DNA from: Mobula birostris
Lineage: Eukaryota
Direction: 5' to 3'
Length of the DNA: 64,000 nt
Assembly (NCBI RefSeq): GCF_030028105.1
Contig: NC_092371.1
Coordinates: 14,467,884-14,531,883 of the forward strand
Notes under the pieces: model-generated
The model's database searches: none
Told to the model about the DNA's origin: nothing
Seen by the model: the letters and a program-made list of their open reading frames with translations, nothing else
Made by a program: the position numbers and the translations under genes
In this document: piece after piece, positions 12,100 to 25,630 of the stretch
How positions within the stretch are numbered: position 1 is the first letter of the stretch
How the letters are laid out: each line of letters begins with the position of its first letter

Positions 12100-13190
12100 C
12101 ATCTTCAAAGTCCTAGACATTCCCTTAGATTCAAAGACTATAAATATATTCCCATCATTGAAAGAAGGGGAGCAAGAGAAATTACCATACAATGTCTAGT
12201 TAGCAGAACATTATGGCAAAGACGTGGAAACAGGAAAAAGATAATGACTGGATTTGATTGAGTTATGGATTTGTCAGAGTGAAATATATTTGGCAAATCT
12301 ACATTTTGATTTTGTAATTCACAGAAGAGGTGAAGGCGAAACAGTTAACGTATTTACTTTATGAAAACAGTTGATAAGATGTCACACAGTATTATTAAAG
12401 TTAATATGATATATCTGGCATTAATTGAAGGTTGATTAGCGGAAATAGATCATTTTAACATAATGCCATAAGCGAATTTCCAAGTAACAAAGAAAACGAA
12501 ATGTAGCGCGGAAAAGTGCAAGAACACGCACATAAGTCAACAAGCAGTAAAGGAATTTTAAATGAACAAGGACTGAAATATATTGGTTTCAAGGGGGACA
12601 ATGAGTTATTGGTACACAAATCGCTGAAAGTTAATGTGCAGGTAGAAGGAACAATTAGGCGGCAAACAACCTGCCGGCTTTTAGTATCAGGAATAGATTA
12701 CAAAGTTAAAGTTAGGAAGAAGGCAATGTCTGTGGTCCTTAGAAGAATTGGATGTAAACTCACATGACCTGCAAATTGCATTCTTGGCTGACAGGGTTGA
12801 TGCAGGGTTATTGATTCTCTTGGATGAAGGTACCTAGGATGGCGGCGACACTTTCAAAATAGGGTTGCCCTTTTAGAATTGAGATGAGAGGTAATTGTTC
12901 AACCAGAATTTAATCTCCAGAATGTTCTACACGGATGGCATTCAAATCTTGGCATCTGCTCAAATGTAAACCGAGCTGGATCGATTTTTTGATAATAAAT
13001 GGAAAGCTAGGTCTTGGATTAGTGTCGGAAAATTGCACCAAGGTACCAAGCCAACCAGGTCCATATTTAATGGGAATAAGGGTGTAGAACATAGTGTTCC
13101 TGTTAGAAAGGAAATGCTCTGCAGGGTGAGAAAGAAAAAGTACAGGGGCCACAGGGTTGAGAGAAACAAATGAATGTCACTTGACACCAC
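12100..13190 (+). mobile_element. Highly decayed CR1 RT/3' fragments
   Basis: Remnants such as gagttatggatttgtcagagtgaaat, ttgataagatgtcacac and gaattgagatgagaggtaattgttcaaccag resemble the CR1 copies elsewhere in the window; no open frame. Confidence 0.4.
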
Positions 13191-13581
13191 CTGTTTCTAG
13201 CCTTCGGTTCAAGCAGCCTGGTCCTCACAACACTTTCCACGCGCGCTCATCTATCACATTGCGCCCTTTGCAGCTTGACGCAATCATTGACCTTGAAAGC
13301 GTAAACAGGAAACCTGTAGCGTGAATTGGCACGGCGCGGTACTTTCCACAGATGTATCTTTAAATGCTAGACAGAATGATGGCATCCGACCTGTCTTTCG
13401 CTTCCCTTCCATGCTCTCCGATATCTGCGCAATCACTGGATAAACATTTAGCAGTGACTGCGACATTGAGCATTTCAACGGTCTGTGTCCTGATCGATCT
13501 CCTTCCTGGCTAGTCTTCACTGCTTCGAATTTGATTGGGAAGCAATTCTTGCGTCAGATCATTGAAGTGATTCCTTTAGGA

Positions 13582-13664
13582 CAGGGGTTCCCAATTTTTT
13601 TTTTATGCAATGGACCCCTACCATTAACCAACGGGTCCGTAGACCCCATGTTGGAAACCCTCTG
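13582..13664. mobile_element. 83-bp hAT-type MITE
   Basis: TIRs CAGGGGTTCCCAA...TTGGAAACCCTCTG; 8-bp near-TSD CTTTAGGA/CCTTAGGA. Confidence 0.75.
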
Positions 13665-14479
13665 CCTTAGGAGCAGATTTGTTGATGTGGAATTGTTCCG
13701 GGATAAGCAAAGTGCACCTTTGTAGCAGCATTATCAGAGCTTCGCGTCAGATCTCAAAATGACTCTCGCGATGCATATAAAGTATCCCATATTGACTTCT
13801 GCAACGAAGACAGAGGATTTACTCATCCTCCGTAGCTCAGAGATATCCATCAATGAGGATCACTGAAATATTATTGGAGATTATTGCATTTTCGCCCCCA
13901 TCCAAAGACTTTATCTGTCTAATGTTTAATTCCATTCTTTACTTTTTTCTTTCTCTTTCTTTTTCTCTCTATCCTCCATGCTCGATTTTAATCCTTTGGA
14001 TGTAGGCCCCAATGGTAATTAGGAATCCTAATAATTTGATGAACGGACAAGACATTTTACGCAGATTCCGGTCTATATATATATAACACAAATAATTTGG
14101 TACAGTTTTACGCAGAGAACACCCTGACGAATTTCTTTCTTTCGTAGTTGTTAGCCCTTAAGAGCTCCGAAAGAAACCATTTTCTTCTGTGTCCTGCATA
14201 TTTCCTTACGCCGCAGGCATTCTCTTCCCTTGCGTTTGTTCTCACCGTACTTTTGATGGATACTTACTTCACAAAGTGTACGAGGCCTCCACATCAAAAC
14301 ACAATGGTATCTAATGTTTCGCCAGAAAAGGAGGAAGGAAAACGATAAGCCGATGGGCTGTTAGGTGCTGAGAAGACAGACGAAACATTGAATAGTAGTC
14401 AAGGAAAAAAATGCTGCTGGTCGAGTATTCCTCTGAATAGAGACGGAACGTATGACACTGCAGCACAGTACAGACTCCT

Positions 14480-14700
14480 CGACCTACGATGTTGCGCCGG
14501 CAATTTAACCTATTCTAACCCTTCCCGCTTACAGAGCCTTCCATTTTTTCAATCATCCATGAGCCTATTTAAGAATATCTTTACGGTCCCTAAAGTGTCT
14601 GCCTCTGTCACCAACTCTGGCAGCGCGTTCTACACACCCTTCACTCTGTGTAAAAATACCTACCTCTGACATATCTTTGAAGTTTTTCGCAATGACCTTG
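14480..14700 (-). mobile_element. CR1 3' fragment
   Basis: Minus strand gatatgtcagaggtaggtatttttacacagagtgaagggtgtgtagaacgcgctgccagag matches the CR1 3' region seen at 58150-58260. Confidence 0.6.
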
Positions 14701-16329
14701 AATGACCCCTAGATATGTTGCAAGTGTTTCATTCCAGTGCATGTTGGAGTCTTTCGAATTAATCTGTGTTTGGTATCTGTCTGTGGAGAGCGCGGTGGGT
14801 AAAGAAGGGCACCATAAACTTCTCCGTGCCTGACACGGGGATGGTTTCATTGTATTTTTCAGTGCGGTGGTCTTTTGTCCTCCACAACATTAATCTGCCT
14901 GTATATAGTATTAATCTAGTTATCACTGCCTGACACTACCTCACGGTTTGCCCTCTTTCCGTACCAGAAACTGTTAATCTATAAAATAAATTTATTTTAA
15001 ATATGTTTATAATCGTGATTTACAGCATTTACAGTTGCACGACACGTATTACTGATCTAGAAACTGATCCTGATTCTAATTATCCACCCATCCTTCCTTT
15101 TCTCCCCCTTCCTCTCTCTTTTTATACGTAGACGGATCTTTAACTCTTTCATAAATATTTATAAATCAACTTCTGGATCTGGTGACACTATGATCTGCTC
15201 CCAAACTCCTACCGTGCGCACCCCCTTTGTAAATATACCGTCAGAGTCGGAAATTCTGAGATAGAGATGTTCGAACATATAAAAACGAACGATTTTTTTC
15301 TTTTGTAGATGCCCCATCCACGCATGTTTACCTTTTACCGTATCACGTCGGCTTTCCTGCGGCGATTATCTTTCTCCTCACGGATATATTCGCCGTGGGA
15401 ACCGGCAGTCGGGTTCCAAATTCGTTCTAACTGCCCATGATTGTTTTTATTGTCGTTGTTGTCTGGTTCTAACGCTATCGTTCACTTAAATCTCTTTCCA
15501 TCTCAGTCAACAACAGCGGCCGGATGAACTTTACAGAAGTGAGACCACGCGCGGCAGGAAATGAAGTAGGAACAAATTCTTTTTGGTTTGATTTATTTCG
15601 AAAATAAAGAACAGCACAGTACAACAGAGAAACAGACACTCCCCACCATAATGTTCTGCTGAGCTAATGGAATGAACGCTGATAAATCTACGAAAGTAAT
15701 TCATTCAGGCTGTACAAGTGTACATTCCTCATCCGTGTGACTGTCTAAGTTTAGTTTAAGAAGCTTTAAAACATTCTAAATGAGACGGCGCAAATCTTTC
15801 GTTTGCACCTCGACATTATGCGACAGCTGCTAATTAAAGTAATGGAGCACGCAACAGGCTTTCGGCCCAGCTCGTACATGCTGTCTGTGATGCATTATTG
15901 GGCTAGTCTCCATTGCCTACTTTTTCCCAATTTCCTTCTAAACCTTTCTTATCCATGTACCTATCCAAATGTTTTCTGAATGTTGTAACTGTATCCGCCT
16001 CTTCCTCATTTTCTGGTAAGTCTATATAAGTCTTTTTCTATATAGAATACTGACCGTCATGTATTGAGTAAATGACCCTCAATTCATCCTCAACTCTTTC
16101 CTCTTTCACTTTGACCCCGTGGTCTCGCTTACTTTCCCTTACCTTGGGATAAGTCATGCCATTCCAACTTGTCAGTCACGGTTTTATAAACATCCGCAGA
16201 GTGGCCCCCGAACCTCCATCGTTTTCGGGAAAGCATTTCCAGTATTCTCGGTCTCTTCTTTTAACTTCAACCCGTCAGTCCCCAGTTATATTCTGATGAA
16301 TCTCTTATTCACTCCCTCCACTGAAGAAG

Positions 16330-16990
16330 CAGGTTATTTCTATGGAATGGCAATCAGAAATGAACCAATATTCCAGATGCGTCCCCTCACCATAATTTTC
16401 TCCTTGGCCCGTCTGAGAAAGGCAAGCATGTATTTTTTCACCATCTGCAGAACTCTCTCTGATTCGGGCTGTCAAAGTTTGATAACTTCTATAGATGCAA
16501 GCTGGACAATATTCTGACTGGTTCCATCATTGTGTAGCATGGAAACACGAATGCCTTTGAACAGAAAAGCCAAGAAAACATAGTGGGAACATCCGAGTAC
16601 ATTACATGTAACGCCCTCCCCACCACTGCATACGGGAGGACGGTCGCAGGAAAACACTGTCCATCATGGTTAACCCTACTATCCACGCCATGATTTCTTC
16701 TGGCTTTGGAATGAGGTATTGAAATCTCGGGTCTCACACCTTCAGGTTCATGGCAAACTCCTACGGCTCAACCATTAGGCTCCTGAATCCACAGATTAAA
16801 AAGATTCCCCCACCTATGGACTCACCCTCAGGGATACTACAACTCATTTTTTCAATATTATTTACATAGCTACTTACTGTTGTTTTTCTATGGCACAGCT
16901 GGTTTTCTTTTGCACATTGGTTATTTGTCCGTATTTGTTTGCGTGCAGTTTTAGATTAATTCTCCTGTGTTTCTATTACGTACCGTGAAT
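16330..16990 (+). mobile_element. Rex1/Babar-like LINE 3' fragment
   Basis: Remnant of ...P.HPxH..F..L.SG.RY....HTFRFMANSYGSTIRLLN, the characteristic Rex1/Babar RT C-terminus. Confidence 0.6.
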
Positions 16991-18672
16991 ACCCGGATGA
17001 AAATGATCCTCACGGCAGTTTATAGTAATACGTCTGTGCTTTGAGAATTAATTTACTTTGAACTTTGCATTTAAAATTGTGTTAACCCATATATAGAATT
17101 ATAGTATTTTGCTATGCGGATATGACATATAGCAGGTCTGCAGTGGGAAGGGCTGTCAGTGACAGTTCCAGTCATAAGGCGATAGTCTTCTGAGGACTTC
17201 CGGAAGTCATGTCCAAGGAATCCGTTACAGCATCAGTTACAATGTACAATAAAACAGATTGGAGAATGAGAACGCTGTGTATTTTCGATTCCATGCATTG
17301 CGGTCAAGAAATGCAGAAGAGGCCTGACCCAAAGCAAAGCCACGGAGTCGATTTAGCCGTGAATAATAAATTTAATAAAAGATCACAAAATAACAAGCCA
17401 CGAGGAACCACAACACCAGAGTGAACGGAAACAAAGCAAAACTGGGAACAAGGTATACATTAGCCAAGGAGAGTAAAAGTTAGGAGCAACTGGTTCGATG
17501 TTTCGATGAGCGAACAAGGACTGTGGATGAAACTGAGCCTAAATAGGCTGCATGTGAGGAGTCTGGAAGGAGTGGCAGGTGAATCCAAGTAGCTGAGCGG
17601 AAACTGGGAGGCGTTTGCATGTGAACGCAGAAAGGTGTCAATCTCCAGGTACATAATATCCTGTAAACCCGCTTTCCCAGTTCATGGTTTACACTGTTTA
17701 TCCAGATTTAATCCTTTGGCATAAAGTTCCAGGAATGACAATATGGACTGACGTATGTATTTTCTGGTATTGCATAAATAATTCTGTAAGGCTGCATAGC
17801 TTCAATGCGCTTTCACGTGACCAGCAACAATGAATGTAGAATTGAGTCAGGTTTCAAGAACAAACAAACATTTATTACACTCTGCTCAAGAATAGCGAAA
17901 AGTATTCAAACGACTAACTTACCAGGAAGTTAACTGTTATACGGCAACTCTGGAACAATTCCTAAAGTGGTAAATTCGAACACAGTGTTAAAGTGGTAAA
18001 TTAAAACACAGTCTTAAAATGGTAAATTCGAAAGTCAAATGATTTACGCAGTCAATTAGGAGAGACTTCTCTAAAAGCAGATTTCTGCGAAGACGTGACA
18101 TGACTGCTGATTCTGTTTAAAGGATTAATGACGATGGAAATAAAACCACTTACAGGAGCTGACCTTTTCCTGGCGAATGAACACCGCAGAAACCTTCCTG
18201 ATATTACTGGGGTTATCTCAGATGCAAGGCATTATTTCGGAACGAAGATTCAATAAGGTCGATCCTGTATTAAACCGCCGAACGACAACGACTTTACTCA
18301 ATCCTTCTGGTTCCGGTACTTTAGTAAGGCCTTCACTCTCCAATACTAGACTTACAATAGAAAGTAAAACACCACTTTAAAACGAAACTGCGTCATGAGA
18401 GGAATACACAGTATAACGGAGTAAATAACGAATAAACAACGAACTAAACTGCGTAACTGCAGGCGTTTCCCATTATATACCTGTTCAGAACATGTTATCA
18501 CGTGACATCATTCTGGTGGGAAAACTACATCATCCCACCATCACAAGACCATTACATCCTGCTCACAAGATACTCAATCACACCATGGTGATAAGACAGT
18601 CACAAGATACCCACGAGGTATGTAACACCTCCCTGCAAAAAGGGTAAATTTTGCTCTTTAATGATTAAATTA

Positions 18673-20990
18673 AATTGGATATGCATCAGTTTTAGTCACA
18701 GCATTCATCTTCCTGTAATCAGTACAAAACCGAATACTACTATCTGACTTAGGCACCATAACACACAGTGAACTCCAATTCAAATTGGAAGGACTAATAA
18801 TATTATTCTTTAACATATACTTGATTTCTTGTTAAGCAAGCTCACATTTTTCCATGTTCATCCGATATGGATGTTGCTTCACGGGTTTGGCATAGTCAAC
18901 ATCTACATCATGTGAATCTACACTGGTTGTTCAAGGAACGTCTGGAAATAAATCCCTATATTTAAAAATTAACTGATTCATCTGCTGCCTCTGCTCTGCC
19001 TGTCAATAAGCTAATTTGTCATCAATATTTTCCAGATTTGTTGAGTTTGCTAACCTGGTGGCAATAATGTTCGGTTTAAAATGAGTTTCGGATTTATCAT
19101 CCATTAAGTTGCTAGTGGGATCAGGCTCATTATTATTGACAACGACAATCGTAGTAGAAGACAGTTTCTCACAATATGGTTTTATCATATTTATATGACA
19201 AGGCTCTATTGGCCTTCTTCGATCTGGTGCTTTTATCAGATAATCCACATCATAAATTTAGATATAACCTCATAAGGACCATGAAATTTAGCATTTAAAG
19301 GGTTCGATTGCACCGGGAAAAGAACCAACACCTTATCTCCAGGCTTACATGACCTCATTTTAACGTTCTTATCATACCAAGTTTTCATTTTCTCCTGATC
19401 CGATTTAAATTTTCCTTAGCTAAGCTACAAGCTTTATGCAATCTTTCCTTAAATGTTAAAACGTAATCCAGTAAACCAGAATGTACCTCTTTATTAATCC
19501 ACTGTTCTTTTAGCAAGGCCAAAGGTCCTCCAACTCTATGAGCAAACACAAGTTCAAAAGGACTAAAATCTAGGGATTCCTGTACTGATCCCTGTACTGC
19601 AAATAAAAGTAAATGACCGCCCTCTTCCCAATCATTCTCATTTTCCACACAATACATCCTAATCATAGTTTTGAGGGTAGAGTGGAACCTCTCCAAGGCT
19701 CCTTGCGATTCTGGATGGTATGCAGACGAGGTAATCTGTTTGGCTCCCAGTTTATAAGCCATCTGCTGGAACAATCCTGACATAAAATTACTAACTTGAT
19801 GAAATTGTATTTCCTTAGACAAGCCAAAGTAAGTAATGAATTTTGTAAGAGCCTTTAATACAGTTTTAGCCGTTATATTCCTAAGTGGTATTGCTTCTGG
19901 AAACCTAGACGCTGTGTACATGATAGTCAGCAAATATTTATGGCCAGTTTTAGTTTTTGGCAATGGGCCGACACAATCTGTAATAATTTAGGAAAACGGT
20001 TCACCAAATGCGGGAATGGGTTGCAGTGGGGCCACTGGAGTAACTTGATTAGGTTTACCCACTAGCTGGCAAGTATGACAGGTTGTGCAAAATGTCGCCA
20101 CATCTTTTCTTAAACCAGGCCAATAAAAATGTTTAAAAACCTTGTTCACGGTTTTCTTCACACCTCGATGAAAACCTAAGGGCATACTATGAGCCATAGT
20201 TAAAATCGCATTCCGATAAACTTTAGGAACTACGACCTGGTGAAAAATCTTCCGTTCTTCACTTGTAGGAATTGCAAGTGATCTCCACTTCCTCATTAAT
20301 ACTCCCTTCTCAAAATAATATCTTGCGGGTACCTTCTCAGTTTCACTATCTGGAAGAGCTTGTTCCTTTAATTTGATAATCTCAGGGTCTCCACTTTGGT
20401 CTGCTGTCATCTCCTTCTGAGACATGGACAATTCTTCATGGCCAGACTTGCTGCAAGAATCTTGATCAAACGATGAGATAAGGAAGTTTCTGATACATAT
20501 TCAAAATTTGAAACCCGAGTTGAGCAGTCATGGGTAACAGACCCATTCTGCACATCAATCTTTTTAGCCTTAGCTCTGGTTACAACACAGGAGTAATCCG
20601 TGCTAGAATGCACCTTTGATTCCAAAGAAATGAGCTTTATTTCAAATGCACTTCAGGACAAACTTGTCCATCTTCTAAGTCATTTCCTAACAATAAAGAA
20701 ACATCACTCACAGGTAAACTGGGTTGTAGTCCTACTTTAACAAGTCCTGTAACTAACCCTGACCTTAAATTTACTTTATGCAAATATACAGGCATAAGGG
20801 CACTCCCAACACCTCGTGGAGAATTTTCCTCATAGTGTCAGACTCGTCACTAAACTTTAGAACACTGTCTAACATAAATGACTGAGAGGCTTCAGTATCC
20901 CTAACGATTTTTATTGGCACTGGAGTGGACCCCTCTTTCAAGGACACAAATCCTTCGGTTATAAAATGGTCATATCCCCTCTTAACTTGG
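18673..20990 (-). pseudogene. Disrupted pol of the Gypsy element in the order protease - integrase - (truncated) RT
   Basis: Protease 20771-21004 (VPIKIVRDTEASQSF); integrase HSMPLGFH...CTTCHTCQ (19988-20431) and rve core (19385-19963); RT N-terminus KPVKQHPYRMN...WSSLCVMVPKSDSSIRFCTDYRKMNAVTKTDAYPI ends at ~18673, ~45 bp before the 3' LTR. Confidence 0.88.
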
Positions 20991-21361
20991 TCAGTCTCTG
21001 ACAAAGCTTGATTTGTATTTATCGAACCCTGTTGATTTACAGATGTTTAAACATGTTGCACACAAGTATCTGGGACTACTTCCTTCTCCCTCAATCGGAA
21101 ACAGTTAGGTATCACGTGACCAGGTTTCTTACAATAATTACAATAGGACAAAATTGTCTTTCCTTACCATGTTTTCCCTTCAGCATTAACTTCCTCACCA
21201 ACTACTGATTTCATTAACCGTTTGCCTTGACTCTGTGTGCTAATTTTCCTTTTAAATTTCCCAGAGGAAACTTACGCTTATGGATTAAGGCATACTCATC
21301 TGTTACTTTAGCAGACTCCTGCAATGTAGCAGTGTCACGCTCATTTTAATATGTCCTTAAG

Positions 21362-22272
21362 AAACCATAGAAAAAACTACAGTACAGGAACAGGCCTTTT
21401 GGCCCTTCTTGGATGTGCCGAACTATTTTCTGCCTAGTCCCACTGCCCTGCACACGGACCCATATACCTTCCATCCATGTATCTGTCCGATGTTTTCTAA
21501 ATGTTAAAGAAGAAACCGCATTTACCATCTCGTCTGGCAGCTCATTCCACACTCCCACCACTCTCTGTGTGAAGAAGCCCCCACCCTAATGTTCCCTTTA
21601 AACTTTTCCCCCTTCACCCTTAACCCATGTCCCCTGTTTTTTTTCTCCCCTTGCCTCAGTGGTAAAAGTCTGCTTGCATTCCCTCTATCTATACCCATCA
21701 TAATTTTATATACCTCTATCAAATCTCCCCTCATTCATCTACGCTCCAGGGAATAAAGTCCTAACCTATTCAACCTTTCTCTGTAACTGAGTTTCTCAAG
21801 TCCCGGCAACTTCCATGTAAACCTTCCCTGCACTCTTTCAACCTTAATATCCTTCCTGTAACTCGGTGACCAAAACTGAACACAATACTCCAGATTCGGC
21901 CTCACCAATGTCTTATGCAACCTCATCATAACATTCCAGCTCTTATACTCAATAATTTGATTAATAAAGGTCAATGTACCAAATGCTCACTTTAGGACCC
22001 CTCTACCTGTGACACCACTTTTAGGGAATTTTCTATCCGTATTCCCAGATCCCTCTGCTCTACTGCACTCCTCAGTGCCTTACCATTTACTCTGTATGTT
22101 CTACCTTGGTTTGTCCTTCCAAAGTGCAATACCTCACACTTGTCTGTATTAATCTCCATCTGCCATTTTTCTGCCCATTTTTTCAACTGGTCCATATCCC
22201 TCTGCAAGCTTTGAAAACCTTCCTTACTGTCCACTACAGCTGCAATCTTTGTATCATCAGCAAATTTGCTGA
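21362..22272 (-). mobile_element. 5'-truncated CR1 inserted in the Gypsy gag
   Basis: SKFADD...EGFQSLQRDMDQLKKWAEKWQME...NLEYCVQFWSPSYRKD...; 3' tail ctgtagtttttctatggtttc; same subfamily as 56135-58432. Confidence 0.9.
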
Positions 22273-23227
22273 TTTACTTAAACAGGGATTAATCTTTTAA
22301 ATTCCTCCAATAAAATCAACTCTTTTAATTTATTATACTCCCCATTCACATGTTTGGAAGAAACCTATCGCTCAAAACACACAGATTTATCATAGGCAAA
22401 TTCCACGTCAATTTTTCAACGGATTTCTTCAAATTCTGAATCTTTCTCTGTAACCCTAAGGAACCAGTTGATACGCTTTCAGTATATGCTGCTTCACAAT
22501 ATCATAATCAAGTTCTTGCTCAGCAGTTAAAGCTGTATAAACCTGTTAAGCCCTACCTTGAATTACACTTTGTAACATCACTGGCCATTTCTCTTTCGGC
22601 CACTCAGAAATCAGAGACAGAGCTTCAAAATGTTGGAAATATTTGTCCACTTCTGTTTCATTAGATAGAGGAGCCAATATAACTTCCGGACTATCAACAT
22701 GGTGTTTCCTAGAACCTGAGGGCTGATTCTCCATTTTTAATTTCTCCATCGCTAGCTCAAATTCCCTCTTATTATCTGCTTCTCTAGCTGCGCATTCCTT
22801 CTGTTTATCTTCTTCTCTCGCTTCGAATTCCTTTACCCTATTGGCTTACCTTTCGGCCATCTCGCCCTTAAATAATTCCAACTTTATCTGTTCAATATGT
22901 ATATCCATCTCTAGATTACTCATTGGAAGCATATCTGACACTTCTTCATCTAAAATACCGACTCTTTATTGTGCGCCGAGTTTTTCCTCTCAACTACTGG
23001 CTTTGTTGTGACTTTCGTAATGCCTTTGAGGTCCAACCTTTAGCAATCTCGGATACATCACCCCTTTTCTCCTTCGCTACTAACCCCGTGTCTGGCGATG
23101 CCATAAAGTCGTCAATATTCATTGCTGCCGAATTCCACCCACAGACCAATCAAAAAAAGTATCGGGTATTTCCCTTTTCCAAATCAGATTGATAATTAAA
23201 CAGGCACTTAAGCTCAAAATAAGAACC

Positions 23228-23245
23228 ATCCTGGAACAGCCCCCA
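23228..23245 (-). other. Primer-binding site, tRNA-Pro type
   Basis: TGGGGGCTGTTCCAGGAT, 4 nt downstream of the 5' LTR; 15/18 match to the classical Pro PBS TGGGGGCTCGTCCGGGAT. Confidence 0.8.
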
Positions 23246-24070
23246 ATATTGTCACGTGACCAGCAATAATGACTATAGAATTGAGTCAGGTTTTAAAAAC
23301 AAACACAACGTTTATTAAACTCTGCTCAACAGTAGCGAAAAATATTCAAACCACTAACTTAACCGTAAATTAACTGCTATACGGCAACTCTGGAGCAGTT
23401 CTTAAAGTGGTAAATTGGAACACAGTCCTAAAGTGGTAAATTCAAGCTTAGTCTTAAAATGGTAAATTCGAAAGTCCAAGTGATTTACACAGTCAATTAG
23501 GAGAGACTTCTCGGAAAACAGTTTTCTTAGAGGACGTGACGTTACTGCTAATTCTGTCCAAAGGATTCACGATGAAAGAAACAAAACGGCTGAAGGGAAC
23601 TGACCGTTTTCTGGCGAATGGGCACTGCAAAAATCTTCCTGATATTACAGGAGTTATCTCAGATGCAGGTCATTATTTCTGAACGTAGATTCAATAAGAT
23701 CGATCCTGTATTAAACCGCCGAACGACAACAACTTTACTCAATCCTTCAGGTTCCCGTACTTTAGTAAGGTCTTCACTGTCCAATACTAGACTTACTATA
23801 GAAAGTAAAACCCTACTTTAAAACGAAACAGCGTCATCAGACGAATACGCAACATAACGGAGTAACTGACGAATTAAAAAAACGAACTAATCTGCGTAAG
23901 TACAGGAGTTTCCCGTTATAAACCTGTTGAGAACATGTCATCACGTGACATCACACTGGCAGAAAAATTACATCACCCCACCATCACAAGACCATTACAT
24001 CATGCTCACAAAATACTCAATTACATCGTGGTCATAAGACAGTCACAAGATACCCACGAGGTATGTAACA

Positions 24071-25630
24071 GGGCAAGGTCAATAAAATTGATATGCTTCC
24101 TTCTCATTGCTACCATCAAGGTGTCATGATTCGGTCCGTGAAATCCGCATTCCCGTTCACGGTCCGGTTCATCGATCCTTATTCCGGGTTTTCCTGTTTT
24201 CCCTTGTTCCATTCAGACCCTAATGTTGACACCTGATTCCCGTTTTAGGCTGGCACATAAACACCACTGCAAACCAAGGATTTCCTGCTGGGCTGTACCC
24301 TTCCCCTCCCCATCCGAATCCCCGACAGTTACCTCCGCAGTTTACCTCGGCAGTCACCTCGGCAAGTATCTTCGGCAGTCATCCAAGGCCTGCGTCCTAG
24401 AAAGGGTCCCGGCCCTGCGCTCCAAAAATGAGTTGCGGCTCCATACCCAAGGGCCTTACCAAGCCGAGTTAAAGGGCTGAGCCTAGCCTTGTCGAAGAGC
24501 CAAGTCCTGCCCAGGAGTACCTCGCCCAGCCTCGTGCTAGAGATCCCTCGTCCTGTGCTAGAGATCCCTCGTCCTGCGCTGGAGTTCCCTTGTCTAGTCC
24601 AGGAGACCCCCGCCTGGTCCAAGCTAGATCCAATAATTTCGTCAACTCCAAGCCACTTCCTAGAACCTCGTCCAGTCCAAGCCACTGCAGGAATCTAGTC
24701 CAGTCCATGCCACGCCAAGATCCTCGTCCAGTCCAAACCACATCCAAAAACCTCGTCTGGTCCAAGCCACGTGCAAGTACTTCGTTTAGTCGAAGCCACA
24801 TCCAAGTACCTCGTCTAGTCCAACCCACGTCGAAGTACCTCTTCTAGTCCAAGACAAGTCCTAGACCTCCTCTTGTCTAAGCCTAGTTCAAGAATATCGT
24901 CCTGTCCAAGTCAAGGCTTTATGCTCTCGTCCTGTCTATGTGCCTCGAACTGTGCAGGAGTTGGCTCTTCGTCTAGGCTAGGCTCGGCCTTTTGACTCGG
25001 CTTGGTTAAGCCCTTGGGTACGGAACCGGGACTCCTTGGAGAACAGGGCCGGGACCCTTTCTAGGACGTAGGGCCGTGACCCATTCTAGGACGTACAGCT
25101 GGGTTGACTGCTGAGGATACTTGCCGAGGTGACTGCCGAGGTAAACCGCCGAGGGAAATTGGCGAGGTAATTGTCGGGGATTAGGATAGGGAGGGGAACT
25201 GAACAGTCCAGCAGAGAGCACTTGCTTTGCAGAGGTATTTATGTGCCATCCCAAAACGTGAATCAGGTGCCTCAATTAAGGCACCCAATGGAACAAGGAA
25301 CACAGGAAAACCCGGAATAAGTATCGATAATCCGGACCGTAAACCGGAATGAGGATTTCACGGACCGGACCATGACACAAGGAGGAGTTACAGGAGGCTG
25401 AAGACAGGCACAACTTTTCAGGACAGACTCTTCCCCTCTACCATCAGATTTCTGAATGAACAATGAACCCATCACACTACCTCAGTATTTTTCCTCTATT
25501 TATGCACGAATGATTTAATTTAATTCTTATATCTGCTTTTTTATTTTTATTTATTTTTTTATTAATATGTATTGCAATTTTCTGCTGCCGCAAGTGAACA
25601 GATTTCTCGAAATATGCAAGTGATATTAAA
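24071..25630 (+). mobile_element. Rex1/Babar-like 3' fragment (24071-24121 plus 25378-25630) split by the fold-back element
   Basis: Joined sequence ttctcattgctaccatcaaggaggagttacaggaggctgaagac...ttcccctctaccatcagatttctgaatg, a remnant of LLPSGRRYRSLK...FFPSAIRFLN. Confidence 0.75.
24122..25377. mobile_element. Fold-back LTR-derived element with two inverted LTR 5' ends
   Basis: Begins TGTCATG and ends CATGACA; arms 24122-24510 and 24954-25377 are inverted homologues; exact 5-bp TSD CAAGG (24117-24121 and 25378-25382); flanks rejoin into a Rex1/Babar-like sequence. Confidence 0.85.

Larger units (their letters stand above)
17811..24070 (-). mobile_element. Gmr1-like Ty3/Gypsy LTR retrotransposon, degenerate and internally deleted
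   Basis: LTRs 23250-24070 (5') and 17811-18627 (3'); PBS 23228-23245; GGGAGG PPT at 18628-18633; gag remnant EVDKYFQHFE...WPKEKWPVMLQ; protease RDTEASQS; integrase H2C2 and core; RT start; possible 4-bp TSD GCGC/GGGC. Confidence 0.92.
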
